Positions 9,102 to 19,400 of a DNA stretch of 36,387 bases are shown piece by piece. The notes under the pieces are model-generated. The model was given only the letters and a program-made list of their open reading frames with translations. It made no database searches and had not been told where the DNA came from. Source of the DNA: an uncultured Candidatus Saccharibacteria bacterium. Lineage in GTDB: Bacteria > Patescibacteriota > Saccharimonadia > QS-5-54-17. The stretch covers positions 5,263 to 41,649 of the forward strand of contig CAZAXT010000002.1 of NCBI GenBank assembly GCA_964489295.1, read 5' to 3'. The translations under genes were made by a program, and so were the position numbers. The number at the start of each line of letters is the position of its first letter. The stretch's first letter is position 1.

Positions 9102-9626
9102 ATGCAGTTGGGTTTTAAAAGCAAAAAAACTAAACAACAGGAGCAGCACCAAGAGCGGAGCCGGGTGCTTGACTTTATTTCCAATAATTCCGCCAAAAAA
9201 GATTTTATCGCCTGGCTTAACGCCAACTATAAACATCAGTTCCCGGAAGACTCCGATTGGGATGAGATTATAAGCGAAGTTAAACGTAACACTGATATCC
9301 ACAACACATCATTACATCAATACGCGACCACGTTGACCGAAGAAGAGGACATCACCAAGCTCCTCAAGGATGTCGAGCAAGAAACGTCTAAGGCCGAGGA
9401 GACAGTGTCCGAACTATATGACACAGCCAACGCCCAGCGACTGCGTCCGGTGGTGGGCGGTGCGTGCGTACTGGGCGGATTTTTACTGCTCATTACGGCC
9501 GCTGGATTGGTTACCGGGATCATCGAGTTCGCGCTTTCGGATGACATTACGATCTATTTGGCCGCACTCGGTGGTATATACGGATTACTGACAACCCTGG
9601 CCGGACTCCTACTTACTCTAGAGTAG
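9102..9626 (+). CDS. Hypothetical membrane protein (soluble helical N-domain, two C-terminal TM helices)
   Basis: Start MQLGFKSKK at 9102 after a -10 box; acidic helical region; two hydrophobic helices at the C-terminus. Confidence 0.8.
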   Translation: MQLGFKSKKTKQQEQHQERSRVLDFISNNSAKKDFIAWLNANYKHQFPEDSDWDEIISEVKRNTDIHNTSLHQYATTLTEEEDITKLLKDVEQETSKAEETVSELYDTANAQRLRPVVGGACVLGGFLLLITAAGLVTGIIEFALSDDITIYLAALGGIYGLLTTLAGLLLTLE

Positions 9627-10982
9627 CGACCACGCGCTAATCGCTCCGAAAAGCAACAGGAACAACATAGCGCCCCATGTCGCCCAGTATAGTTTGTCCG
9701 CGGTAATGCGCGTACATAGATATAATAAATACCCGAGTAACGCCCACAGTGCGGTCGCGAGCAACGATACCGGGCCCACCATAAGTAATACGACTCCGGC
9801 GAACACGATCATGCCGATCGGCAACCACGGAAAAAACGGAATCCGAAACGGCCGTGGCACATATGGCCGTTGTCGCCGGAACCGTATTAGGCTCACCGCG
9901 ATCACGATCAGACTCAGTAAATACACCGCGTTGCCCATGTATGCCACGAAGGTAACCGAGTTCGTTAACAGCAAAAATACCGCTAAGACGGCGACGCCGA
10001 GCACAGCCCGGTACGGAACGTCATTCTGATTCAATGTCGAGAACGCGCGCTGGAATACCCCTTCTTCGCCGAGCGCATATAACCGGCGCGAAGCTACTAA
10101 TGTCGCGGCTAGCAATGAACCGGCCGTAGCGAGTATAGCTGCCGGCACGACCACGACCCACCCTATCGTGCCCAAATGATCCGCTATCAACAGGAATGGT
10201 GCTTCGGATTGGCTTAATTCTTCGAGCGGAACCAGATTGACAGTCACGAATGATACCAATGTGAATATCAGGGTCGCTACGCCGACGGTTATCATAAGCG
10301 CCCGGGGAATATTCTTGGCCGGTTCTTTGACCTCTTCAGCAACCGAAGCGATATACTCATACCCGATATAAGTCGTGAATAGCAGAGAGACTCCGGCAAT
10401 GATCGGTATTACGTGAGCTGGCAGTGCCGCGGTAAAGTCCGCTATCCCGAACTGGAACCCCGGCTGCGTGGTAACTAATCCGGCATACAACACAAGCAAA
10501 GTTATCAAGGTGATGGCGGTAATAATTTCACTTTTGCCGGTGCTGGCAACACCGCGCAGATTGACCAGGACGGACACCACGATCGCTCCCAGGGCAATTA
10601 CCGGCGGCGCCACTGGCACGAAAAAGCTGACATAAAATGCGAATCCGGCCGCATTAATGACCAGATAACTGACGTCGCCTAACAGTACCAGCCAAGAAAA
10701 GATAAACGGATAATACCGTCGCCGCGTCGTGTTGAATACTAATGCCAAACTGGCGCCGGACCGGGGTATCGTCGTACCCAGTTCGGCATACAACAAAGCG
10801 CCGAAAAAAGCCAGAATCCCGCCGAGCAGAAAGGACACCGGCACATACTCACCGGCGACTGCCGCCCCGTGGCTCAGCAACACGAATATACCCCCGCCGA
10901 CCGTACCGCCGAGCCCGATGACACAGAGCATCACCAGCCCGATATTTCGTTGGAGTTTGTGTTTTGATAGGTTTATAAACAT
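9618..10982 (-). CDS. APC superfamily amino acid permease
   Basis: GLGGTVGGGIF (TM1), YAELGTTIPRSG, TTYIGYEYIASVAEEVKEPAKNIPRA, RPFRIP; about 12-13 TM helices. Start set at MFINL. Confidence 0.92.
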   Translation of the reverse strand: MFINLSKHKLQRNIGLVMLCVIGLGGTVGGGIFVLLSHGAAVAGEYVPVSFLLGGILAFFGALLYAELGTTIPRSGASLALVFNTTRRRYYPFIFSWLVLLGDVSYLVINAAGFAFYVSFFVPVAPPVIALGAIVVSVLVNLRGVASTGKSEIITAITLITLLVLYAGLVTTQPGFQFGIADFTAALPAHVIPIIAGVSLLFTTYIGYEYIASVAEEVKEPAKNIPRALMITVGVATLIFTLVSFVTVNLVPLEELSQSEAPFLLIADHLGTIGWVVVVPAAILATAGSLLAATLVASRRLYALGEEGVFQRAFSTLNQNDVPYRAVLGVAVLAVFLLLTNSVTFVAYMGNAVYLLSLIVIAVSLIRFRRQRPYVPRPFRIPFFPWLPIGMIVFAGVVLLMVGPVSLLATALWALLGYLLYLCTRITADKLYWATWGAMLFLLLFGAISAWSLL

Positions 10983-11097
10983 GGCAGCTAGGGGTGTGCG
11001 ATTCCCGCTTAGTGTAGCACGGACACCCGTGGCTATCGATCGCACGGATCATGTAGGGTACAATGAACGAAGAACACAACAAGGAGGAGATACCCGT

Positions 11098-11769
11098 ATG
11101 GGAAAAGTATTCTGGGTTATATTGATCGCTGTCGTTGCCATTTTGCTTGGCGCGTTCGTATTGTTACGTGATGATTCAAACTCGAACACGGCTTCGCAGA
11201 CAGTTGAAAACCCACTCGACGTTACTGAAGAAGATCACGTCCGTGGCCCGGACGACGCCGCGGCTACACTGATCGAATATGGTGACTTCCAGTGCCCGCA
11301 TTGTGCCAATGCCGAACCGATGTTAAAAGAACTCAGAAACGACTTCCCTGACGAATTACGGTTGGTATACCGTCATTTCCCGCTTTCGGGCACCCATCCC
11401 AATGCTAGAGCGGCCGCCAAAGCCAGCGAAGCAGCTGCCAGACAGGGAGATTTCTGGGCTATGCACGACCTCTTGTTTGCCCGCCAGCAGGAATGGAGCA
11501 GTGATACCAGCGCCCAAGACACATTCGCTACGTACGCCGAGCAACTCGGGCTTAATATGGAGCAGTATCGTTCGGACTTTGAATCCGCCGGGTCGGACGT
11601 GGATTACGACCGTCGCGTTGGCGAGCAACTAGATGTACGGAGCACGCCCACGTTCTTCTTAAACGGAGAAAAAGCAGAGCAGAACAATCTGCGCAACCAA
11701 ATCCAGTCCATCATCGAAAACCAATCAGGTGATGGCGACTCCTCGAACGACACCGGTTCGAACGAGTAA
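11098..11769 (+). CDS. dsbA: Membrane-anchored DsbA/BdbD-like thiol:disulfide oxidoreductase
   Basis: SD AAGGAGG before ATG 11098; N-terminal TM; IEYGDFQCPHC, YRHFPL, cis-Pro loop STPTFFLNG. Confidence 0.9.
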   Translation: MGKVFWVILIAVVAILLGAFVLLRDDSNSNTASQTVENPLDVTEEDHVRGPDDAAATLIEYGDFQCPHCANAEPMLKELRNDFPDELRLVYRHFPLSGTHPNARAAAKASEAAARQGDFWAMHDLLFARQQEWSSDTSAQDTFATYAEQLGLNMEQYRSDFESAGSDVDYDRRVGEQLDVRSTPTFFLNGEKAEQNNLRNQIQSIIENQSGDGDSSNDTGSNE

Positions 11770-11775
11770 TACAGG

Positions 11776-13449
11776 TTATTTGTCATCGTTCTGGATATAG
11801 GCCAAGTGTGAATCCCGGGCGCGCCGGAAGTGCTCATGTGCGGGAACACCGTGCCGTTTCACTCGCCGACTGACTTCCAGACTTCCCAGAAAATGCGGCA
11901 TCATGACATATGAAGCACCCTTGTCGTATAGTTCCTGAGCTTCGTGCGCTTCCTCGGCTTTGGCGATAATCAAAACATCGGGGTGTCGGTGCACCACATG
12001 GGATACGATCGTAGCATTGACCGTGAAATCGGTCGCGGTTATGACGATCATTTTAGCTTTCTCAAGGGGTAAGTCTTCCAGAAACTCGGTGTCATTGCCG
12101 TCACCGTAAATCGCATCTACGCCTTCCCGGTCCAGCATGTCCACTACTTCCGGGCTGTAATCCACGACCAGATACCGCTGCTGTAGTTTTTGGAATCCGC
12201 TCAGAAAGCTGCGGCTGCCCGATTTGAACCCGAATACGATCACATCATATTCCTCGGCCAGATCCGGTTCCGAGCGTACACTTTTGCGTTCAAAGATTTT
12301 CAAATACGGTGCCAGCCATTCGTACACGGTATCCGAATACATAATGAGATAGGTAGAGCAGGCAATGGTAATCATAGCCACCATGGTCAGCATGGCCACG
12401 ATTTGATCTGAGATTTGTCCGCTATCCCGGGCTAATATGATTAATATCAAAGAAAATTCGCTGATTTGGGCTACCGTTAACCCTGCCTTAAACCCGGTTT
12501 TCCGCGTAAAGTTCAGCAAGCCCATGATCGACATCACGATGATCGGGTTGCCGATGAGGATCACGATCGATAACACCAACGCCGGCCAGGCACCAACCCC
12601 GATACTGGAAAGGTGCAATCCGCTTCCCAGTACGATAAAGAACAGCACGATGAAGAAATCCCGCAGCGGCCGCATACGCGAGGATATTTCGAAGGCATAG
12701 GACGAATTAGCCAGCGCGATACCGGCAGCCAAGGCGCCGATTTCGATGGAAAATCCGATTACTTCAGCAATAGCCGCTACACCGAAGCCCCACCCGATAG
12801 AAAACAGGAACAGAAATTCCTGCGATTGTGCCAGAAAATGCTGCAACCGCGGTAAGACATAGCGGGCGATCAACACAATGGCGCCGATGAAAAGTATGCC
12901 GGATATAAAGGTCCGGGTTAGAATCTCCGATAATGCCTGTTCTTGGGCCAAGGCACTAACAACGATCAAAACCGTGACTGCTACGATATCCTGTATCAGC
13001 AAAAAGCCGGTTGCTACTTTGCCGTACAATCGATGCGTGTCCCGTTTGTCGGAAAGCAGTTTTAAGATGATGATCGTGCTGGAGAACGCCATAGCAATGG
13101 CAACATACAGCGCCGGAACCGGTGCGATCCCGAGCGACGTAGCTACGCCAAAGGCGATCGCGACCGTGAACAGTATTTGACCGACGCCGGTTACGACAGC
13201 GATTTTACCGACTTCCCTTATGATCCTCGGATTCAACCCCAGCCCGATGATGAACAACAACAACGCGATCCCCATGTGGGAAAATAGTTGGATCGTATGC
13301 TCCGACTCTACCAGATCGAACACTGCCGGACCGACGAGCAGACCGGTGATTATATGCCCGATGATAAGCGGCTGGCGAAGCATATGCATCACCCCAGCAA
13401 TTACCGTGGCGATTGCTAACAGCAGGCTGATTTCAAGAAAAATGTCCAT
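11776..13449 (-). CDS. CPA2 cation:proton antiporter with C-terminal KTN/TrkA-N domain (KefB/KefC-like)
   Basis: LRQPLIIG, ALLLFIIGL, AFSSTIII, LLIQD, PLRDFF, QISEF; C-terminal VVDYSPE...IYGD...GASYV RCK domain. Confidence 0.92.
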   Translation of the reverse strand: MDIFLEISLLLAIATVIAGVMHMLRQPLIIGHIITGLLVGPAVFDLVESEHTIQLFSHMGIALLLFIIGLGLNPRIIREVGKIAVVTGVGQILFTVAIAFGVATSLGIAPVPALYVAIAMAFSSTIIILKLLSDKRDTHRLYGKVATGFLLIQDIVAVTVLIVVSALAQEQALSEILTRTFISGILFIGAIVLIARYVLPRLQHFLAQSQEFLFLFSIGWGFGVAAIAEVIGFSIEIGALAAGIALANSSYAFEISSRMRPLRDFFIVLFFIVLGSGLHLSSIGVGAWPALVLSIVILIGNPIIVMSIMGLLNFTRKTGFKAGLTVAQISEFSLILIILARDSGQISDQIVAMLTMVAMITIACSTYLIMYSDTVYEWLAPYLKIFERKSVRSEPDLAEEYDVIVFGFKSGSRSFLSGFQKLQQRYLVVDYSPEVVDMLDREGVDAIYGDGNDTEFLEDLPLEKAKMIVITATDFTVNATIVSHVVHRHPDVLIIAKAEEAHEAQELYDKGASYVMMPHFLGSLEVSRRVKRHGVPAHEHFRRARDSHLAYIQNDDK

Positions 13450-13781
13450 GAACGGATATTAACGTATTATTGCACCCGGATACCGACTGAGTGCAGTTGT
13501 GTATACTGAACCACGTTTATAACCATAGCGACCCCTTTTGTCACACCCGTAGAGATGATGAGACCCGACATGCGCCCCGTCTCCGTGGATATGTAATTTT
13601 TATTTTATTTAAAGCACACCGTTTACGGTTATGCTATTGTAGCTCGTATTATGCTTTGTATGTTGCCGGTGTGTCAATGGGTAAGTTGGCGTGGTGGGGA
13701 GTGTTGTCCGCGCGATCCTGATTGTGTTGGCAATGCTGTGGTTGTATTCTGTGCAACAGAGGAAATATACATTGGAAATAT

Positions 13782-14942
13782 ATGAACTTATTCTTGTTTA
13801 TCGCTGTCATATTCATCATTACGCTTCTTGTAGGTAAATTGCTGGAGAAAATCAGAGTACCCTGGATCTTCGCCGCACTTTTAGTCGGTACCGTGTTAGC
13901 GATCTACAATCCGTTCGCCGCCATCACTTCCTCGCCGACATTCGAAACACTCGCCCAACTCGGCATGTACTTCCTGTTGTTCCTGGTCGGCTTCGAATTG
14001 AATCTCAATCAACTGCGGCAAAAAAGCGGGTTTATCGTCAAATCGGTCTTTTTTATTATTTTATTGGAAGGGCTACTCGGCTCCCTGGTGGTGCACTTCG
14101 TGTTCGGCTATGGATGGTTTGTTTCGGGTCTCGTGGCCTTGAGCTTCGCTACCGTAGGTGAAGCTATCCTGGTTCCCATCCTGCACGAGTTTCGGCTCAT
14201 CAACACGTCACTTGGTCAAGCCATAATCGGGATTGGGACCGGCGATGATTTGATCGAGATCCTGTTACTTTTGGTCGCGACCGTGCTGGTCGGCTCGCAG
14301 TCGGGTGGAAACGTGTTGCTCATCATCGGCTCACTCATTATGCTGATCCTGCTGACGCTCGGGTTCGCGTTGTTTCGAAAAGAAACCAACAGATTCAAAT
14401 TTGTCAGCATAGAAACGTTGTTCCTGTTCGTGTTGTTTGTATTCTTTGTTTTTATCGGTGTCGGAGAATACGGAGAGGCGGCACCCTTGGCAGCTATTTT
14501 AGCCGGTGTATCGGTGCGATATTCCGTCCCGCGGCAACGCTTGGAATTCATCGATAACGAAATTAAGTCTTTGGCGTACGGATTGTTCGCTCCGTTGTTT
14601 TTCGTGTGGGTCGGCGTCAGCATGAATATCGAATATCTCGTCTCCTTTCCGCTTTTGATACTACTCGTCGTTATTGTCTCAAAAGGGGCGAAACTGTTGG
14701 GGAGCTATATCACAGGCAGAAAAGAACTCGGCACACGCGGCGCCATATTGCTCGGTATCGGGCTGTCCGTCCGCTTCAGTACCAGCATTATCATTATCAA
14801 ATTCCTGCTCGATAACGACGTTATCGGTCAAGACATCTATTCGGTGATTATCGCTTCCAGTATCGTGTTCAAATTTATCGTGCCGATTCTGTTTTCGTTT
14901 TTATCCAACCGCTGGAGCTCCGAACCGGCACTCCAGGGGTAA
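13782..14942 (+). CDS. CPA2-family cation:proton antiporter without regulatory domain
   Basis: LGMYFLLFLVGFE, GDD, FAPLFFVWVG, SKGAKLLG; about 12-13 TM helices. Start set at MNLFL. Confidence 0.88.
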   Translation: MNLFLFIAVIFIITLLVGKLLEKIRVPWIFAALLVGTVLAIYNPFAAITSSPTFETLAQLGMYFLLFLVGFELNLNQLRQKSGFIVKSVFFIILLEGLLGSLVVHFVFGYGWFVSGLVALSFATVGEAILVPILHEFRLINTSLGQAIIGIGTGDDLIEILLLLVATVLVGSQSGGNVLLIIGSLIMLILLTLGFALFRKETNRFKFVSIETLFLFVLFVFFVFIGVGEYGEAAPLAAILAGVSVRYSVPRQRLEFIDNEIKSLAYGLFAPLFFVWVGVSMNIEYLVSFPLLILLVVIVSKGAKLLGSYITGRKELGTRGAILLGIGLSVRFSTSIIIIKFLLDNDVIGQDIYSVIIASSIVFKFIVPILFSFLSNRWSSEPALQG

Positions 14943-14963
14943 ATACGCTGTCGGAGAAAGTAT

Positions 14964-15974
14964 CTATTGCTTGTTGATCACGTTTCGAGGCTCGTGTTTG
15001 AGATAGTGCTTGATATTCTCAGCCGTATCCTGTCGTATCCGGTGTACGGCCTCCTGGCTATTAAAGCCGTTGTGGGGTGTAACGATGACATTGGGCATGC
15101 GGAGCAGTGCGTCATGTTCGGCGTTTAAGAGCAAGTCCTGCGTGCCGACATCCGGATGCAACAACGCGATCTCCTCTTCGAACCGCAACAATTGTTCGCC
15201 TTCGAGCACATCCAAACCAGCTGCTGATATATGACCGGAAAACAACGCATCAATAAGCGCCTTGGTATCGATCAGATCGCCGTTGGCCGTATTGAGCAAC
15301 ACGGCGCCTTTCTTCATACGCGCCAACGTGTCGGCATCGACCATGTGACGGGTCGTTTTGCCACCGGGCGCGTGTAAACTCACGATATCGCTATTCTCGA
15401 GTACGTAATCGAATGAGGCGTATGAAATGGCGTCGTCTTCGGGCGGATGCGGATCATACCCGATAATGTTCATGTCCAGACCGGCCGCGGCCCGGGCGAC
15501 CCGTCGGCCGACACGACCGCACCCGATAATGCCGATGGTTTTACCGGCTACCTCAAACCCGGTTATTTCCCCGTGATCAACCACCCGGTCCGTGATGTGC
15601 CGGGTAGTGTCACCGAGCCGCCGAGCAAGCGCGAGTAGCAACATCATGGTATGTTCGGCCACCGTGGCCTCGATACATCCCGAGACCGTACTGACGAGTA
15701 CGTCATGTTCATCGGCACACGCTACATCGATATGGTCATACCCGCTGGAGCGGCTCGCGATGTACTCCAATTCCGGTAATTTCGACACAGCATTGGCGCT
15801 CACATCAGACGTAACCGATACTGAGACGATCGCGGCATCGGCGTACTGCCTCACCGTAACTTCGGTCAGTGGTTCATCCGTATAGACGGTTTCGATATTG
15901 AAGATATTCTTGAACGCACGCTGGTAATACTGTTTATCGCCATCCCAGACGTCAAAGAATACGATTTTCCGCAT
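14964..15974 (-). CDS. D-isomer-specific 2-hydroxyacid dehydrogenase (D-LDH-like) with a variant active site
   Basis: SRSSGYDHID, VAEH, GIIGCGRVG, SDIVSLHAP, GLDVLEGE, VIVTPHNGF; the usual NTARG reads NTANG. Confidence 0.9.
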   Translation of the reverse strand: MRKIVFFDVWDGDKQYYQRAFKNIFNIETVYTDEPLTEVTVRQYADAAIVSVSVTSDVSANAVSKLPELEYIASRSSGYDHIDVACADEHDVLVSTVSGCIEATVAEHTMMLLLALARRLGDTTRHITDRVVDHGEITGFEVAGKTIGIIGCGRVGRRVARAAAGLDMNIIGYDPHPPEDDAISYASFDYVLENSDIVSLHAPGGKTTRHMVDADTLARMKKGAVLLNTANGDLIDTKALIDALFSGHISAAGLDVLEGEQLLRFEEEIALLHPDVGTQDLLLNAEHDALLRMPNVIVTPHNGFNSQEAVHRIRQDTAENIKHYLKHEPRNVINKQ

Positions 15975-16089
15975 ATCTTGTCAGCACCCTGTTACTCCTG
16001 TCTTCAGTGTAAGCGCTTATGGCAAACGGGTAAACCGCCTTATCACCGAGCATTTCCCATACATATGCATCCTGTTGCGCGTTCGCCAA

Positions 16090-16371
16090 CTATCCGTAAA
16101 TGATTTCCGCATTGTGAACGATAGCCAACACGTCCTGGATTACAGGGTCTTCGGTCTGGAGTTGGTAACACGTTTGTTGGCCATGGCGTTCCTTACGGAT
16201 CACCCCGGCGAACGCAAGCACCCGCATATGCTGGGAGATAGCGGCAGAAGACACCGACAACGCATCGGCCAACTCACCGACGGATATGTTTTCATACCGT
16301 TCCAGCAACTCCACTATCCGGAGTCGTGTCGTATCACTCAGGCTATGAAAGACCCGTTGCAATTCAAACAT
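16090..16371 (-). CDS. ArsR/SmtB family transcriptional regulator
   Basis: FHSLSDTTRLRIVELL, VGELA..SSAAISQHMRVL..AGVI.KERHGQ winged HTH. Confidence 0.92.
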   Translation of the reverse strand: MFELQRVFHSLSDTTRLRIVELLERYENISVGELADALSVSSAAISQHMRVLAFAGVIRKERHGQQTCYQLQTEDPVIQDVLAIVHNAEIIYG

Positions 16372-16386
16372 AGTTATTTAAGTAAT

Positions 16387-16400
16387 TAAGCATATACTTA
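16387..16400. promoter_or_regulatory. Imperfect palindrome TAAGCATATACTTA, candidate ArsR autoregulatory operator
   Basis: AT-rich dyad 15 nt upstream of the ArsR ATG; ArsR-family repressors typically bind dyads over their own promoter. Confidence 0.45.
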
Positions 16401-16465
16401 TAATATAATCATACGACAGCGGTCATACGCAAATTACCGCTTATGGTTACTGTGGAAAAGCGCCT

Positions 16466-19400
16466 TCAAGATTGAGCATCATTCATCTCGGACAATAAAT
16501 CATCTTCAAACTGCTGCACGCCCGATATGTCTCTTGAGTAGGTACTAACATCGGGAAAGTCGAGATTCTGTATTCGTTGCCATACCGCGCGTATGAGTAG
16601 TGCCACGCGCTCTACGTCGGTCTCATCCATGGCATATTCCAGGGTTATGACGCGGTCTTTGTATGGGCGTATGAACTCTAATACGCCGCAGTCAACCGAA
16701 TAATCCGACCAACTTCTGGAGTTCTCCACGAGTAATTTGTAAAATATCAGTTGCGTTTTGTACCGCCACGCTTTCAGGGCGTCATTGCCGCTGTTTTTGT
16801 TCCATCCGGTTAACGGTTTACCGGTTTTGAAATCATAGACATGACACGTTTTATCCTGGTTGAGCACCATTTTATCTATAGCGCCGCTTAATCGGGCATC
16901 GTGTATCGTAACCCCTTGTTTTTTGAAATCCGTTTCTATTAAATGCGCCGGATCGAATGCATGATACCGTTCCTGCAGATACCGGGATAACTCCTGGTGT
17001 CCTTGACGTAGATAGGCTTCATACTCGTGATCTCTCATCCGTTGTTCCGCTAAAACGTCACCGAACAGGGCGAGCACACGGTCGAGATCCATCGGTTGGC
17101 CATCTTTCACGGAGCGGTACGTCTCCCGTAATGTCGCGTGGATCGCGCTGCCATAGGCGGCCGAGGCGGTCTGCGCTTGCGGAAAGTGGAGCAAACTTTC
17201 CAGTAAAAACGTGTGCGGCCCGTTCCACGCCACATCAAGAAACTTCAACAAATGCGTAACGTTAAGTTGGTACGCATCAAGTATGGGTTTGAGTACTGCT
17301 TGGGCGTCGCTTTCGCGTGGGAGCGGATGATAAGATTGCCAACTCCGTTCCAACCCGTACTCCACTTCTTCGGAGTCCAGATCCGTATATTCAAATCCGT
17401 CATGATCCAGAAACGGCACGAGCAGGGAGGTTTTTCCGGCATTGTCACGAACATGGCCGGTTATATAAACGTTCGACTTGGCACGGGTCATGGCTACAAA
17501 AAATAATCGCAACTGGTCATCAAGGTGGTCTCCGGCAGGAGTAATCGGCATATTGCCGGGGAACGTGAGCAGTTTTCGTCCGCCTTCGCCAGCCCATATC
17601 GATTCCTGGGCATTGATAATAAAAACCGTATCGTATTCCTTGCCTTTGGCTTTGTGGGCAGTCAGAACATGTACGGCATCCTCGCTGCTGACAAATGGGG
17701 TTTCGTCCACGATCGGCATATTGTTTTCCCGGTGCAGTTCGACAAATTCCACGAAATCACGCACATATATCACTTCCCGCCGTCGGTACTCCTGCAATTT
17801 TTCCCGTAATAACCGCAAGGCTGAGAGAAACGCCATGTACTCTCCGCGGTTGTCGGCAAACCGTTGATTGGAAAAGTGATACTCCCGGTACGGACTCCTG
17901 AAGTCCGCACCTTTTCGTGAACCGATCAACCGGTCCAACACATACTCCAACGGTTCGGAGGTAGCTCGTCGTGCACACTCCAGTAAAAACCGGGCGATTT
18001 TGGCGATATACGGATCATCACTCTGAAGCATGACATCCAGCCAGTATTTTCGTTGCTGATACGCTCGGGTACTGATATGCCATATATCGACCGGATCGAC
18101 CTCCCAGAAGGGAAAGCTTAGTACCCGACTGACATACTCATTGGCCGCGTCATGGTCTCCTTCAGCGATATAGTGCGTCGCATAGGCCATATCGATTAAC
18201 TGGGAAATGTGATACTCCTCCAGCACGTTCTGGCGTCGTTCATAGACGACCGGAATGCTGGCCGCTCGCATATGGGGCATCAACTGTTCCAGATAAGCAT
18301 GCTGGCGACCAATGATCGCAATTTCACGAGCCGGAACACCTGAGTCGAGGAGACGGCGTATCTCACGGGCCACCCAGGTGTATTCATGCACGGGAGTTTC
18401 CAGTTGTGTATACATGATCTGTCCGTCTTCGGGTGGATCGGCGGCTTCCACGGTTTTATCGACATCAGAAAGCGTAGTCTCCAGTCGGGTTTCACCCTGG
18501 GTGATAACCGTTCGTGCTTCATCTAATATTTCCTGTCGCGACCGATAATTGTGCCGCAGGGTTATCACCTGTGACTCCGGATACGTGTCCCGGAAATGGA
18601 GTATGTTGCTGACTTCAGCCCCCTGGAATTTATAAATCGCCTGGTCGTCATCCCCGACAACCATTACGTCGGGATTGCCTTCGTGTACGGGATTGTCGTT
18701 CAAAGCGTAGAGTATCCTTAATTGCGCGTCATTCGTATCCTGAAACTCATCCACCAGCAGGAATTGGTATTGTTCCTGGAGTTCATGTCGCAAATCCGGA
18801 TACGACTCAAGCGCGTGCAACACATGAAGCACCATATCGGAAAAGTCATATCGCTGGCGCCGCCGTAACTCCGCTTGGTAGCGTTCGTAGACATCCGCTA
18901 ACGCATATAAGCGGTCGTTATGGCTCCGATCCTTGAAGACGTATTGGTTGTCTTCATTCTTGTGCAACCAAACGGACTTCCAGGCGGTTATCGGTTTGGT
19001 AGAACCGGTAGCTTCGGCTTCGTCTACTGCTTCTTCCAGCGAACTTCGTATGATTTCAGAGAGGGGCTGGAATGGTTCTGGCAGATCCGGCGAAGAAGAC
19101 TCCGGCATCTTTTCCAGCGCCTCCCTGACTCCGGGTATATCCGATTTACTGAAGCGGGTTACATGAAACGCATCCTGCAACAAGGGTTCGATCTGCTGTA
19201 TAGCCGACTGGTTGTCATCCAGGACAGTCCGCAACTCCGGCGCCTCCAATCCGGCCTTTTTCAAATTGCCGATCGCTCCGATGATAGACCCCAGATACAC
19301 GAACGCGTCGTTCATGGTACTGGTAAGCGGGTTATCATGCGGCAATCGTTGCAGGATGTCCCGTAGTATCTCGATCTGTAGTATTTCATCAGATGGAGCA

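Noticed and set aside
10729-11097. Long N-terminal extensions in the ORF track (dsbA; likewise pilN, yebC, cca, DUF4870, P-ATPase, 9003 ORF)
   Set aside because: They overlap neighbouring genes or promoters; downstream ATGs have an SD, a -10 box or a coupling overlap and match family N-termini.
13491-13721. 76-aa ORF or a known riboswitch (fluoride, c-di-AMP, nhaA, Na+) in the antiporter spacer
   Set aside because: The ORF has a GTG start, no SD and no protein-like features; I could not find the consensus elements of those riboswitches by eye.
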